DNA of 20,000 nt, from contig NC_057718.1 in NCBI RefSeq assembly GCF_004010195.1, positions 41,797,617 to 41,817,616 on the forward strand, in the 5' to 3' direction. The DNA comes from Chiloscyllium plagiosum (taxonomy: Eukaryota). Made by a program: the position numbers and the translations under genes. This document shows, one piece after another, positions 10,176-19,794 of the stretch; the first letter of the stretch is position 1; each line of letters begins with the position of its first letter. The notes below the pieces were generated by a model, which searched no databases, was not told the origin of the DNA, and saw only the letters and a program-made list of their open reading frames with translations.

Positions 10176-10606
10176 GTATGTATTAATTAGATGCACATGC
10201 ACAAAGCTGAGCAGTCAGTAATGCAAGGTGAAAGATAGGATGATACAGTTGACCTGGAATTTTGTTAAATTAAATGATAATTTCTTTTTGTCTTGAGTAT
10301 GTGCAGCATTAAATGCTTCTGCATTTTGATTAACCACCATGGCCTGCGGCCTTCGCATTTAATCAGTACAGAAGCTGTTTATTGCTTCATACTTCCCAGC
10401 CAATGAAATTTATGGGTATAATGCTACACTGCCTGGCCTGAAACATTTGAGGAAAAAAATGATAATTTACAAAATAATTTAACTGAGTTGTAGCCTCTGA
10501 GAAAGACCAGTAAATATCTGCAGAAGTGTTTTACCCAAATTCTAATACTGTACCTCACTACCCCCAACCCAAACATATTCTTTTAGTCTTTAGCTTTTCA
10601 CTGCAG

Positions 10607-10786
10607 AAAGTTCTGCAAAGGATGCAATTAGCAATTAGACAAAGAATCTACATATCGAAGGATGTCATACGGCCAGAGTTTATTAATGTTGCATACCAGT
10701 CAATGCTAACACCCAACACAGAAATGCTCCCGAGTGAAGGTCAGTACCCAATCATGGCACTGACTGATATTAGGGTGTATCAGCAG
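10607..10786 (+). CDS. Candidate 180-nt phase 0-0 exon
   Basis: Acceptor 'ttttagtctttagcttttcactgcAG' and donor 'CAG|GTATTG'. One open frame, KVLQRMQLAIRQRIYISKDVIRPEF...DIRVYQQ. Protein not recognised. Confidence 0.22.
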
Positions 10787-12536
10787 GTATTGTGATTGGT
10801 CAATGGCATTTACTGGGCTGTACAAGCTTAGAAGAGATTACTTTCAAAGAACCATTATTCCAGATTATTTATTTGCCGATTATACCATATTCAGGAAGGT
10901 TACTGACCTTCCATTATAATAACTAGCTCCTGTTTATGGAAAAAGAAACACACCAGCTTGAGTTTAATAACACACATAAGCTACTTTTATTTAAAAATAG
11001 TCACAAATGGATTCTTATTTGTGGTTTTGTGGAAAAGTTTTCAATGTAGCTTTTTGTGTTATTAGATGTTCTTGTGATGATTTTGCAATGTAATTTCAAA
11101 CAGTAGTAATGCATACAACAATGAAAAAATACTTTTACATCATTGTTTAAAGACAATTAACTATATAGGTGCCATGATTGTTTTGCTTCTGTGTTGCATC
11201 CTCAAGAGAAGTCTTGCTTTACCATTTCAGTTTTTTGTTTGATTGGATAGCTATCAGTTTATTAGGTTTTTATGTTTGACTGATCAATATTGTGTAGTGC
11301 TAAAACACTTGTGGAAAATATTCTCAAAACGTTTCCGGTTTGAACTGATCTATATTATATATTACAATTGATTTTAATCTTTTGAGGCCCTCCAAAGCCA
11401 ATAATGTATTATTATTGTGAGATGTTTTCAGACTATTTTTGCATTAGGATATTTAATGCTTCTTTTTGATTTGTTGAATTACACTGCCAAAATTATAAGA
11501 ACAGCCCTCATAAAAAGCAACCGATAGATTGTGACAAGTCAGCTACATTCCATTCTTCACATTTCAGTTGTCCCATTATAGGATAAGTCTTCTGTAGGTT
11601 GAACTTTCTCTCCATGCTATTTTTAGCATAGTGTTTAATGCATTTGTGTCAAATTTCTGAGTGCACTGTATAAATGAAGCTGTTCAGTTGCTCAAAATAA
11701 ATGGGATGATGTTGTTAAAATAGCACTCAGAAATTTAGTGCAAACACATTAACAGTGATCTAAATATAACATAGAAGATTTTCAACCCCATGAAGTTTAT
11801 TTTTCAATCAGATTGACTATTTATTTCTGGTCCAAATATTATTATCTTTCTTGATGTTGGATCTCTTTGTCCTGCTTTGATATATAATACACACAAAACT
11901 CTTGGGGCTTGAAATTATGCTGTTACTATATGTGTAAACACATTGCTCAGAAATCCCTAACTGTTATTAATCTGTTTAAGATAAGAAAAGATTTTCCAGG
12001 CAGGTGCGTTATTAATAAATACATATTATCCCCAACATAATTTCTTGGCCTTGATAAAATGTGATGAAATTGTAATATGAAATTATTGAAAATGTAAAAA
12101 ATCCCTTTCACAATTTGTACAAAAAACATAAAGCTTAAGTAGCAATAAAACTAGTTTCTAATCTTACATCGAGTCCTATAGCAGTGTTCCCAGTAATGCT
12201 ACTTGTTTTTATGCAAAAGTGTTCTTGGATTTATGGCATGCTCTTCTTCACTGCCAAGCACATTGTTTTCTATTTTTTTCTCTTTCTGCCAGCTGCTCGG
12301 TGTGACTAGTGTTCATCTCAGTCAATAATTGTCCAGTCCCACTTTGCTTCTCAATGTTGCCACTCATCATGTGAGCAGAAATCTCTCCCTCCTGATTGGT
12401 TCTTCTTAATGTTGACATTGTTCCTCCAAATGTATTACCTCTCAGTGGTTCCACCTGCTCATCACTGGCAAACTCCCTCAAGGCTGCCATCTCCACTTCA
12501 AATTCTCATGAATGAATTGGGATGAAAATTGAGCAT

Positions 12537-13138
12537 TGTTATGGATCAGCCCAGACCCCTCAAAACATTTGAAAAAAGTAGCCCAGACTCTAACTTTTCT
12601 AGATATTTTAAGTAGGTGTGGAGTGGATATACCAGGAATGATGCAGCTGGCCCAACCACTTAGTTTTAAATAAAACTGAATTTATTTGTAAGATTACTGA
12701 ATGAAACAAACAAGAGAACAGAACATAGAATAACTTAACCTATCTGAAAACCCAATAGATTATCCCAACTTAATGATGTTGTTCCAAATTCCTGCAACAA
12801 TCCCCATAAACATCCGTTCAGGAGAGGTGACAGAGAGAGAGAGAACGAGAGAGAGAAAACGAGAGAATGAGAGACACAGAACCAGCATGGAGCTGTTTCT
12901 TTGACCAGCAGCCTCAAAACTTGAATGCTTGCTAAAACCAAACCAAACCATACCAGAGAAAAGCTGAGCTGGGAGAACTGGCCACTCCCTTTTCATTATA
13001 CAAGTGTTTTTTTTTTCAAAAAAGTAAAAACTTTTATGAAGTAGATAAACCCAGATATTTCAGAACCTGTGTCTTTATGAGCCCTCTGAAAAAAACCCAA
13101 GGATAACATAACCTTGCTAAAGGAGCAGCATTGTCATA
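12537..13138 (-). mobile_element. Solo LTR, probably Gypsy-type (~602 bp)
   Basis: Starts TGTTATG and ends TGTCATA (mutated ...CA), flanked by the 4-bp direct repeat GCAT (12533-12536 / 13139-13142). On the minus strand a TATA-like 'tgtataat' (~12995-13002) precedes a CT-rich tract and AATAAA (~12681-12686). Confidence 0.8.
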
Positions 13139-13488
13139 GCATAACAATCAACATTTTTACTTTGTTAAGTATTTTTATATTGAGATTAACTATGTTAAAC
13201 AATGGAAATATTAGAATGTGTAGAAAAGTGCTATAAATAACAGGTAGTACATCACATTGTGGAACTGAATGCTTTACCAGAAAACAAATTCCCACGAAGA
13301 TAAATTACATAACTGTTGTATCATCCATGAGAAGAAACTTTGATAGCCAGGACGTGTCGGGCGCTATTGGGACTATTTTCTGGATTGAGATATAATTCCT
13401 CCTTAAATTCCCAGTAAAACGCAACGCATAATGTTAGTAACTCACAAGGCTTCTTTATATTGGATATGCACAACATGCTGAATATTAT

Positions 13489-14248
13489 AGGTAAAAACAA
13501 TGAGTGCCGATGCTGGAAACCAGATTCTGGATTAGAGTGGTGCTGGAAAAGCACAGCCGTTCAGGCAGCATCCACGAAGCAGGAAAATCGACGTTTTGGG
13601 CAAAAGCCCTTCATCAGGAATAGAGGCAGAGTGCCTGCAGAGTGGAGAGATAAATGAGAGGCGGGGAGAAAGTAGCATAGAGTACAATAGGTGAGTGGGG
13701 GTGGGGATGAAGGTGATAGGTCGGGGAGGAGGATGGGGGAAGGTAACACAGAGTACAATGGGTGGATGGGGGTAGGGATGAAAGTGGTAGGTAAGAGAGG
13801 AGGGTGGAGTGGATAGGTGGAAAGGAAGATAGGCAGGTAGGACAAGTCATGGGGAGGAGACCGCATCGGGAGCAACGGATACAATAAATGATATTAGTGA
13901 ATGTGCAGGTAAAACTTTAATGGATGTGGAAGTCTCCTTTAGGGCCTTGGATGGAGGTGAGGGAAGAGGTGTGAGTGCAGGTTTTTCAATTCCTGCGGTG
14001 GCAGGGGAAGGTGCCAGGACGGGAGGGTGGGTTGTAGGGGGGCGTGGACCTGACCAGGTAGTCATGGAGGGTCTTTGCGGAAGGCGGAAAGAGGTGGGGA
14101 GGGAAATATATCCCTGGTGTAGGGGTCCGTTTGGAGGTGGTGGAAATGTTGTCGGATGATTTGGTTTATGCGAAGGTTGGTAGGGTGGAAGGTGAACACC
14201 AGGGGGGTTCTGTCCTTGAGTGGAAGGTGAGCACCAGGAGGGTTCTGT
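13489..14248 (-). mobile_element. 5'-truncated, internally deleted Penelope-like element (linker, GIY-YIG start and pLTR)
   Basis: The minus strand encodes, with stops and frameshifts, TPLVFTFHPTNLRINQIIRQHFHHLQTDP...PGTFPCHRRN*KTCAH...FTCTFTNIIYCIRCSRCGLL, then jumps to the pLTR. The hammerhead at 13588-13620 has GAAAC mutated to AAAAC. The direct repeat CTGAATATTA flanks it at 13478-13487 and 14249-14258. Confidence 0.9.
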
Positions 14249-16841
14249 CTGAATATTAAGCCATTTAATTCATTTCGGTTTGAGGAAATACAGACTTGTT
14301 GCGCTGGAATTCAAATGAATTTGCAGTGTCTAATTAACTTTCTTATTATTACTGGTTTAAGATGGAGCTTAATTATTCTATAATTAAATTTTAAATAACT
14401 TCTCAGAACAGATGAGGCAAAATAATTGTCAATAGCAACATTGGCATGATGTAACAAACTACATCCATTATTCTCCTGGGTACTTTAAATGAAATATAGA
14501 ATGAGTATTAATATTCCATCCAGTAACATTTCTAACTAAAATAGAATTGTAGTTTTTGAGCAGTAAAAATGGCAAGTTTTTGAATTGTACTTGGCTCAGT
14601 AGCCAAGTCAAATGTAAAGTATATGGCCATGTAACAAAATATTATGAAACATAAATTGCTGTTTTTCCAGCAATTCCTGTTTTTGTATCATGAAACATCA
14701 CTCATCTTCATTTGTAAAGTAAATATAAGCAGTCAAAAGGGAATATCTGTGTGAGGTTATACACATGATCAAATGTAGTAGGAAGCTGCAAGTGGTAGCT
14801 TGGGTATTAGAATGATCCTTTGTAGCAATCAAATTTCAACATTAATATTCACTTTTTAAACAAAATGTTGTTTAGGTGATATGGACATGGAGTACAAGGA
14901 GAGTTGGCTGTCGCGAGGACACACAAACAAGACACCCTTCGTTTAGAAATGCAAAAGACTTGGAAAAAGTGGGTTGGAGTACCAACAGAGAAGGCACAGC
15001 TTTCCTATAGTCTAGCACATTTAATAACTGTAGTTCAGCAGGTAAAATGATCATAGATATTTATACATACACAATGGTAAATTCCACATTTGAGTTTTTG
15101 CACACAAGTACTCCAGACTGGGAAAGATCACCACAAACAGGAGAGATGTGTGAGGTGTCACTAGAATTATTGATGCAAAACCCCATTGCTCTTGCTTTCT
15201 TTATAGAGAGAACTTGTCTGAATTATTTTAATTCGATTAGTTCAAGCATTCTGACAATAGGTTAGTCTTCATACTTTATATAATTACCCTACAGAACTTT
15301 TCCCAATTATGACAACTTTGAAGGTAAGTTATCTGAGATTTAGAAATTGAAGCTGTTAGGGAAAATTTTGGGTATGGCATGAGTTGGCACGAGTTAATCC
15401 CACATCAATCTCAAACCTAGATTAGAATGAGTTGGAGAGCCTTAGTTACTCTTATAAGCAACCTTCATTTAAGAATTGTTTTGCATTTATTCTTATTCAA
15501 ATAAAGTAGCCAGCTTGAAAAGAAAGTAATCTCACACAGACAGGCTCACTCAGGATGCTGTCGTGACAAACAGACTATTGCAGCACTGACTCTAAGGCCT
15601 TATTTGTAAATGAAGTATGAGGATGACCCCATACCATGCTGAGAAAGAAAAAGCTGGGAATGAAGCACAGACTTTGAAGAAGAGATAGGATGGCACCTGG
15701 GAAGATAGGGAGTGGTGAGACTAGGATGACAGGCACCCTGCTACCTCTGGAATGTGTGAAAAACAAGCCATTTGTATAAAACAGACCATTTTGGAATTTA
15801 TGTAATATACGACGTAACTTACAATATGTAGATAGCTGATTAATCCTCTTTGAGTTTAAATACTACTTCGAATATTTTCTGGGGTGACTTTCCCAGTGTT
15901 AGCTCACTAAAGGATTGTACCTCAAGTTCCTGAGACCATATTGTAAAATAGTCTAGTACAAGAAAACTATAGGCACCGTTATCATAATATTGATCTCAGA
16001 ATTTGTCTCAAGAGGCACAGCTTAAACCAACTGAGACAGGCATTGGCCATTTTACTATCACTAAGTTAATTTTATTTTCTGCTCCCTTGCTCTCTCCATC
16101 TGTAGATCTGATTGGAAAAATTCAGGCCCAGATTTTCGCATAATCAGAGTAACTTTCACCTTATTGAAAATGGAGATGATGCGCTGAATCAGAAGTCTGA
16201 CACCAATGTCTGACAAGCACCCTTTTGGTCAGGGTGACTGAGGGCCGGATGGATCTTACTCAGGCACATCATGTGGAAGCATCTGTCCTTTAAAAGTCCA
16301 TCCGACATTAAGCAGAGGTGATTTTCATCATTGGCATTTAAAGAACTCTATTTGTAATGAAAACTAATTTAATGTACACTCATTAAGCTAGCAGAAGTTC
16401 TTTATTGAGATCAGGTATGCAAGACGTTCCACAGAAGTTCAAACATTGCAAACACAGGCTGATACTCAAAGATAGTGGGGCCTATGGCCTTGGTAACACC
16501 TGCCTCTTTGGCCCTCCCTGACTCCCTGATTCCCGTTGTGATGCAGGAGGGTTTGTCGGATAAGGGAGCAAGTATATGATTTGTCAAAGAAGCTGCAAAT
16601 TAGAAAGGCACTACCACATATTTTTGCCATAAAAAGGCTCATGAACTGAAGCAAATTACAGCCAAAGGGAGGGAACAATGCAAAACATTTGAGGCTATTC
16701 AGTGCACCGTACAGAAGGAGTAGGTAACAATGTTTTGACCCAAGGTAAAGGCCCACCAATTGCAGAACTCATAGATGAAACCAATGTTGAAGGCAGCTCA
16801 GATTAATCTGGGACCTTGTTATAGAGGTACATGAAGATTGC

Positions 16842-16991
16842 CTGCCCTTCCAACTTAAGTTCACAGCAACTCTAAATCTTTACTATGCCGGCTTGTTTGG
16901 AGTATTAGCTACAGACCTCCGTGGTGTTTTACAATCAGCTACACTCAACTGCATTATGTCCCTTCCCAAATCCCTCTTTGCTATGATAGAT
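16842..16991 (+). pseudogene. PIF/Harbinger (HARBI1-like) transposase remnant, N-terminal part
   Basis: LPFQLKFTATLNLYYAGLFGVLATDLRGVLQSATLNCIMSLPKSLFA aligns by eye to the Harbinger stretch 'LPVAVKVTAALNFYASGSFQ...DLCGISQS....CI..VT.ALF'. Confidence 0.75.
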
Positions 16992-17005
16992 ATGGTGCCA
17001 CAGAT

Positions 17006-17829
17006 GCTGAAAATGTGTTGCTGGAAAAGCGCAGCAGGTCAGGCAGCATCCAAGGAGCAGGAGATTCGACATTTCGGGCATGAGCCCTTCTTCAGGAATG
17101 AGGAAAGTGTGCCAAGCAGGCTAAGATAAAAGATAGGGAGGAGGGACTTGGGGGAGGGGGCATTGGAAATGCGATAGGTGGAAGGAGGTTAAGGTGAGGG
17201 TGATAAGGTGAGGGTGATAGGCCGGAGTGGGGATGGGGCGGAGAGGTCAGGAAGAAGATTGCAGGTTTTCAGAGAACACCTCTGGGTCACCCGGACCAAC
17301 CAACCCAACCACCCCGTGGCTCAACACTTCAACTCCCCCTCCCAAGGACATGCAGGTCCTTGGACTCCTCCATCGCCAGACCATAGCAACATGACGGCTG
17401 GAGGAAGAGCGCCTCATCTTCTGCCTAGGAACCCTCCAACTACAAGGGATGAACTCAGATTTCTCCAGTTTCCTCATTTCCCCTCCCCCCACCTTGTCTC
17501 AGTCCCAACCCTCGAACTCAGCACCACCTTCCTAACCTGCAATCTTCTTCCTGACCTCTCCGCCCCCACCCCCATTCCGGCCTATCACCCTCACCTTACC
17601 ACCCTCACCTTAACCTCCTTCCACCTATTGCATTTCCAACACCCCTCCCCCAAGTGCCTCCTCCCTACCTTTTATCTTAGCCTGCTTGGCACACTTTCCT
17701 CATTCCTGAAGAAGGGCTCATGCCTGAAACGTCAATTCTCCTGCTCCTTGGATGCTGCCGACCTGCTGTACTTTTCCAGCAACACATTTTCAGCTCTGAA
17801 CTCCAGCATCTGCAGTCCCCACTTTTTCC
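17006..17829 (+). mobile_element. Penelope-like element with an inverted 5' pLTR (arms 17006-17267 / 17534-17794) and a 16-bp TSD
   Basis: The central part encodes the GIY-YIG C-terminus FREHL..TRTNQPNHPVAQHFNSPS..DMQVLGLLH...RLEEERLIFCLGTLQ..GMN. The ~260-bp arms are reverse complements. TSD ATGGTGCCACAGATGC (16992-17007) / ATGGTGTCACAGATGC (17830-17845). Hammerhead motifs at ~17065-17099 (-) and ~17702-17736 (+). Confidence 0.93.
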
Positions 17830-17845
17830 ATGGTGTCACAGATGC

Positions 17846-18310
17846 CCAGGATTTGGGTTTCCCTCAAGTATGGGAGCTGTTGGCTGCATCTAAATTGCAA
17901 CAAAGGTTCCATGTCATGAACTGGAGAACTTAAACAGAAAATCCTTTTACTCTTTGGATGGGCAGATGGTTTGTGACCACACCAAGGTGTTCCTGCACAT
18001 ACGTACATGATATCCTACAAGTTGTTACAGTTCTCTTATGCTGAGGAATTTGCAACTGCCTCAGTTTTTCAGACACCAACATAGGACTGTGGTTGGTTTC
18101 TGGGTGAAACCCCCTTTAGGGAAGTCCTTTGGTAGCTGCATGTGGAAACCAAAAGGCACAGCAGCGACAGCTATATGATTACTTTATATTGGCATTTGAA
18201 ATATACTTTAGATTCCTTGACTGTTCTGGAAGAATACTGCAATATTCCCCAGCAAAGGTCTCCTGAAGATTCAAAATATGCTTATGCTGTATGCTGTATT
18301 ACATTGCACA
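17846..18310 (+). pseudogene. PIF/Harbinger transposase remnant, DDE catalytic region
   Basis: With stops and frameshifts: GFPQV/GAVGCI*IATKVP, LNRKSFYSLDGQMVCDHTKVFLHIRT*YPTSC..SLMLRNLQLPQFF, GWFLGE, FRFLDCSGRILQYSPAKVS, CCMLYYIA. These correspond, in order, to GAIDCTH, NRKGFHSLNVQLVCD, PGSCHD, GWLLGD, RFRCLD..G.LQYSP and CC.LHN. Confidence 0.88.
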
Positions 18311-18830
18311 CTGAAGGGGTCTACAAGTAGCGTAGGCAGAAAACAGCCCTTTTGTTCTAACAGCTGACAAAAGGATACTGAGAAAGGTGAGGAGTAAGAA
18401 GCACATTTTTGGGGTCCCAGAGTTGAGATGGTAGAAGAGAAAGAGAGCGGTAATAGGAAAACATCTGATTTGCAAGCCCATATATTCAGTGGAAGGTTCT
18501 TTATAAGAGGATGTCACCATCGGAAGCTGAAAAATTCAGAGCATATTCTTACACGTATGAAATGTCATCAAGTACATCATTCTCCAGTGATCAGCTTCCA
18601 CATAATAAGTCTTTAACACAGAAACCACACTTCCTCAGTGTAATTCCCATCCCCACCGAGAGAAATCCAACAAGTCATACTGAAAGCCAATGCTATCAAA
18701 TTAGTTGAAACCATAACCATCATAAATCTTAGCCTCAACCCAGTGTGTAAATCTGTCTTGAGAAGTCCTTCACAATCTGGATCTTGCATGTATACATTAG
18801 AGGCTGGCAATGAGCCAGGAGAAAATATCG

Positions 18831-18971
18831 AGGTAAAAACAATGACTGCAGATGCTGGAAACCAGATTCTGGATCAGTGGTGCTGGAAGAGCACAGCAAT
18901 TCAGGCAGCATCCGAGGACAGGCAAAATCGACGTTTCGGGCAAAAGCCCTTCATCAGGAATAAAGGCAGAG
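18831..18971 (-). mobile_element. Short Penelope-like pLTR fragment (same family as 13489-13631)
   Basis: High identity to 13489-13631 (aggtaaaaacaatga...gatgctggaaaccagattctggat...caaaagcccttcatcaggaata). Confidence 0.9.
18928..18960 (-). ncRNA. Minimal hammerhead motif, intact catalytic core
   Basis: UUC-CUGAUGA-A-GGGC-uuuu-GCCC-GAAAC-GUC^GA: palindromic ACGU stem III and a very short stem I. Confidence 0.65.
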
Positions 18972-18974
18972 AGA

Positions 18975-19454
18975 TCCAGAAAATGGGATGAAGGCCTTGT
19001 TTAGCTGGGGAGTGGAATATAGGAGCAAGGACGTCTTGTTACAATTTTATAAGACATTGGTTAGGCTACAGAGCACAGTTCTGGTCACCATACTATAGGA
19101 AGAATGTGATTGAACTGGAGGAGAGGCAGAGGACATTCACCAGGAAGTTGCCTGGAATGGAAAGTCTCAGTTATGAGGAGAGACTGGATAGGCTGGATTT
19201 GTTTTCCCTGGAGCAGAGAAGGCTGAGGGGGTTCTGACTGACATGTACAAAATTATGAGAGGCACGGACAGTGTAGATTGTGAGAATCTCTTCCCCATGG
19301 CTGGCATTTCTAAGACCAAATTGCCAGAGTATAATAGGCTCTGGACCAAGTGCAAGTAAATGGGATTAGTTTAGTTTGGTGTCTGTTGGTCAGCACAGAC
19401 ATGGTGGGCTGAAGGGCCTGTTTCTATGCTGTTTGTCTGAGTGACTCTATGATT
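18975..19454 (+). mobile_element. Decayed CR1 LINE 3' fragment with an internal deletion
   Basis: GVEYRSKDVLLQFYKTLVR..QFWSPYYRKNVIELEERQRTFTRKLPGMESLSYEERLDRLDLFSLEQRRLRG..MYKIMRG..LFP, then 3'UTR 'gggctgaagggcctgtttctatgctgt' and tail 'tgactctatga'. Confidence 0.92.
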
Positions 19455-19794
19455 ACACTGAGTGAAAGGTGTGACACGTGAGAGAATACCTGGGGTAGGA
19501 TGTGTCACACAGTATGACATGATATAATCCGGAATATGTTTGGTGGATTGGAATAAATCCAATAACACACAGTCAGGAATATGCTGCATTCAAGACTGAC
19601 TTCTGTGGTGGTGGATAGGAAGTGTAGGAGTAAGGAGGTGGGTGGTTGTGGGGGTAGGGAAGTGGGGTTTTGACCAGGCAAAACCCCCACCCCGCAGGAA
19701 GAAATATTGTTTGGCAGCTGTCCCACCAGAAAGAACCCTGTCTTACAGCCATTAGATAATGGGGAAGGGAGGGAAATAGCAATGTCGGCGATAT

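Noticed and set aside
12248..12496. 82-aa minus-strand ORF and a strong + strand acceptor near 12292
   Set aside because: No recognisable homology. All + frames after the acceptor stop quickly and there is no good donor.
12831..12880. GA-rich simple repeat
   Set aside because: An ordinary low-complexity tract inside the solo LTR.
13460..14159. Cluster of overlapping ORFs (MCCWKS/RRFGQKPF-type and Pro-rich); similar ORFs at 16893, 18743, 19505 and 19707
   Set aside because: Recurrent spurious translations of Penelope pLTRs. Their mutual similarity reflects the repeat, not a protein family.
16070..16155. Strong polypyrimidine tract and AG at 16104-16105
   Set aside because: The downstream sequence runs into a probable Harbinger terminus and the donor is weak. 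Not supportable as an exon.
17208..17933. 241-aa ORF, the longest in the window
   Set aside because: Chimeric read-through of the inverted pLTR, a GIY-YIG fragment, the pLTR and the Harbinger remnant. Not a gene.
19662..19690. Short stem ggggttttg/caaaacccc
   Set aside because: A 9-bp low-complexity stem in a G-rich tract, expected by chance or from a decayed repeat.
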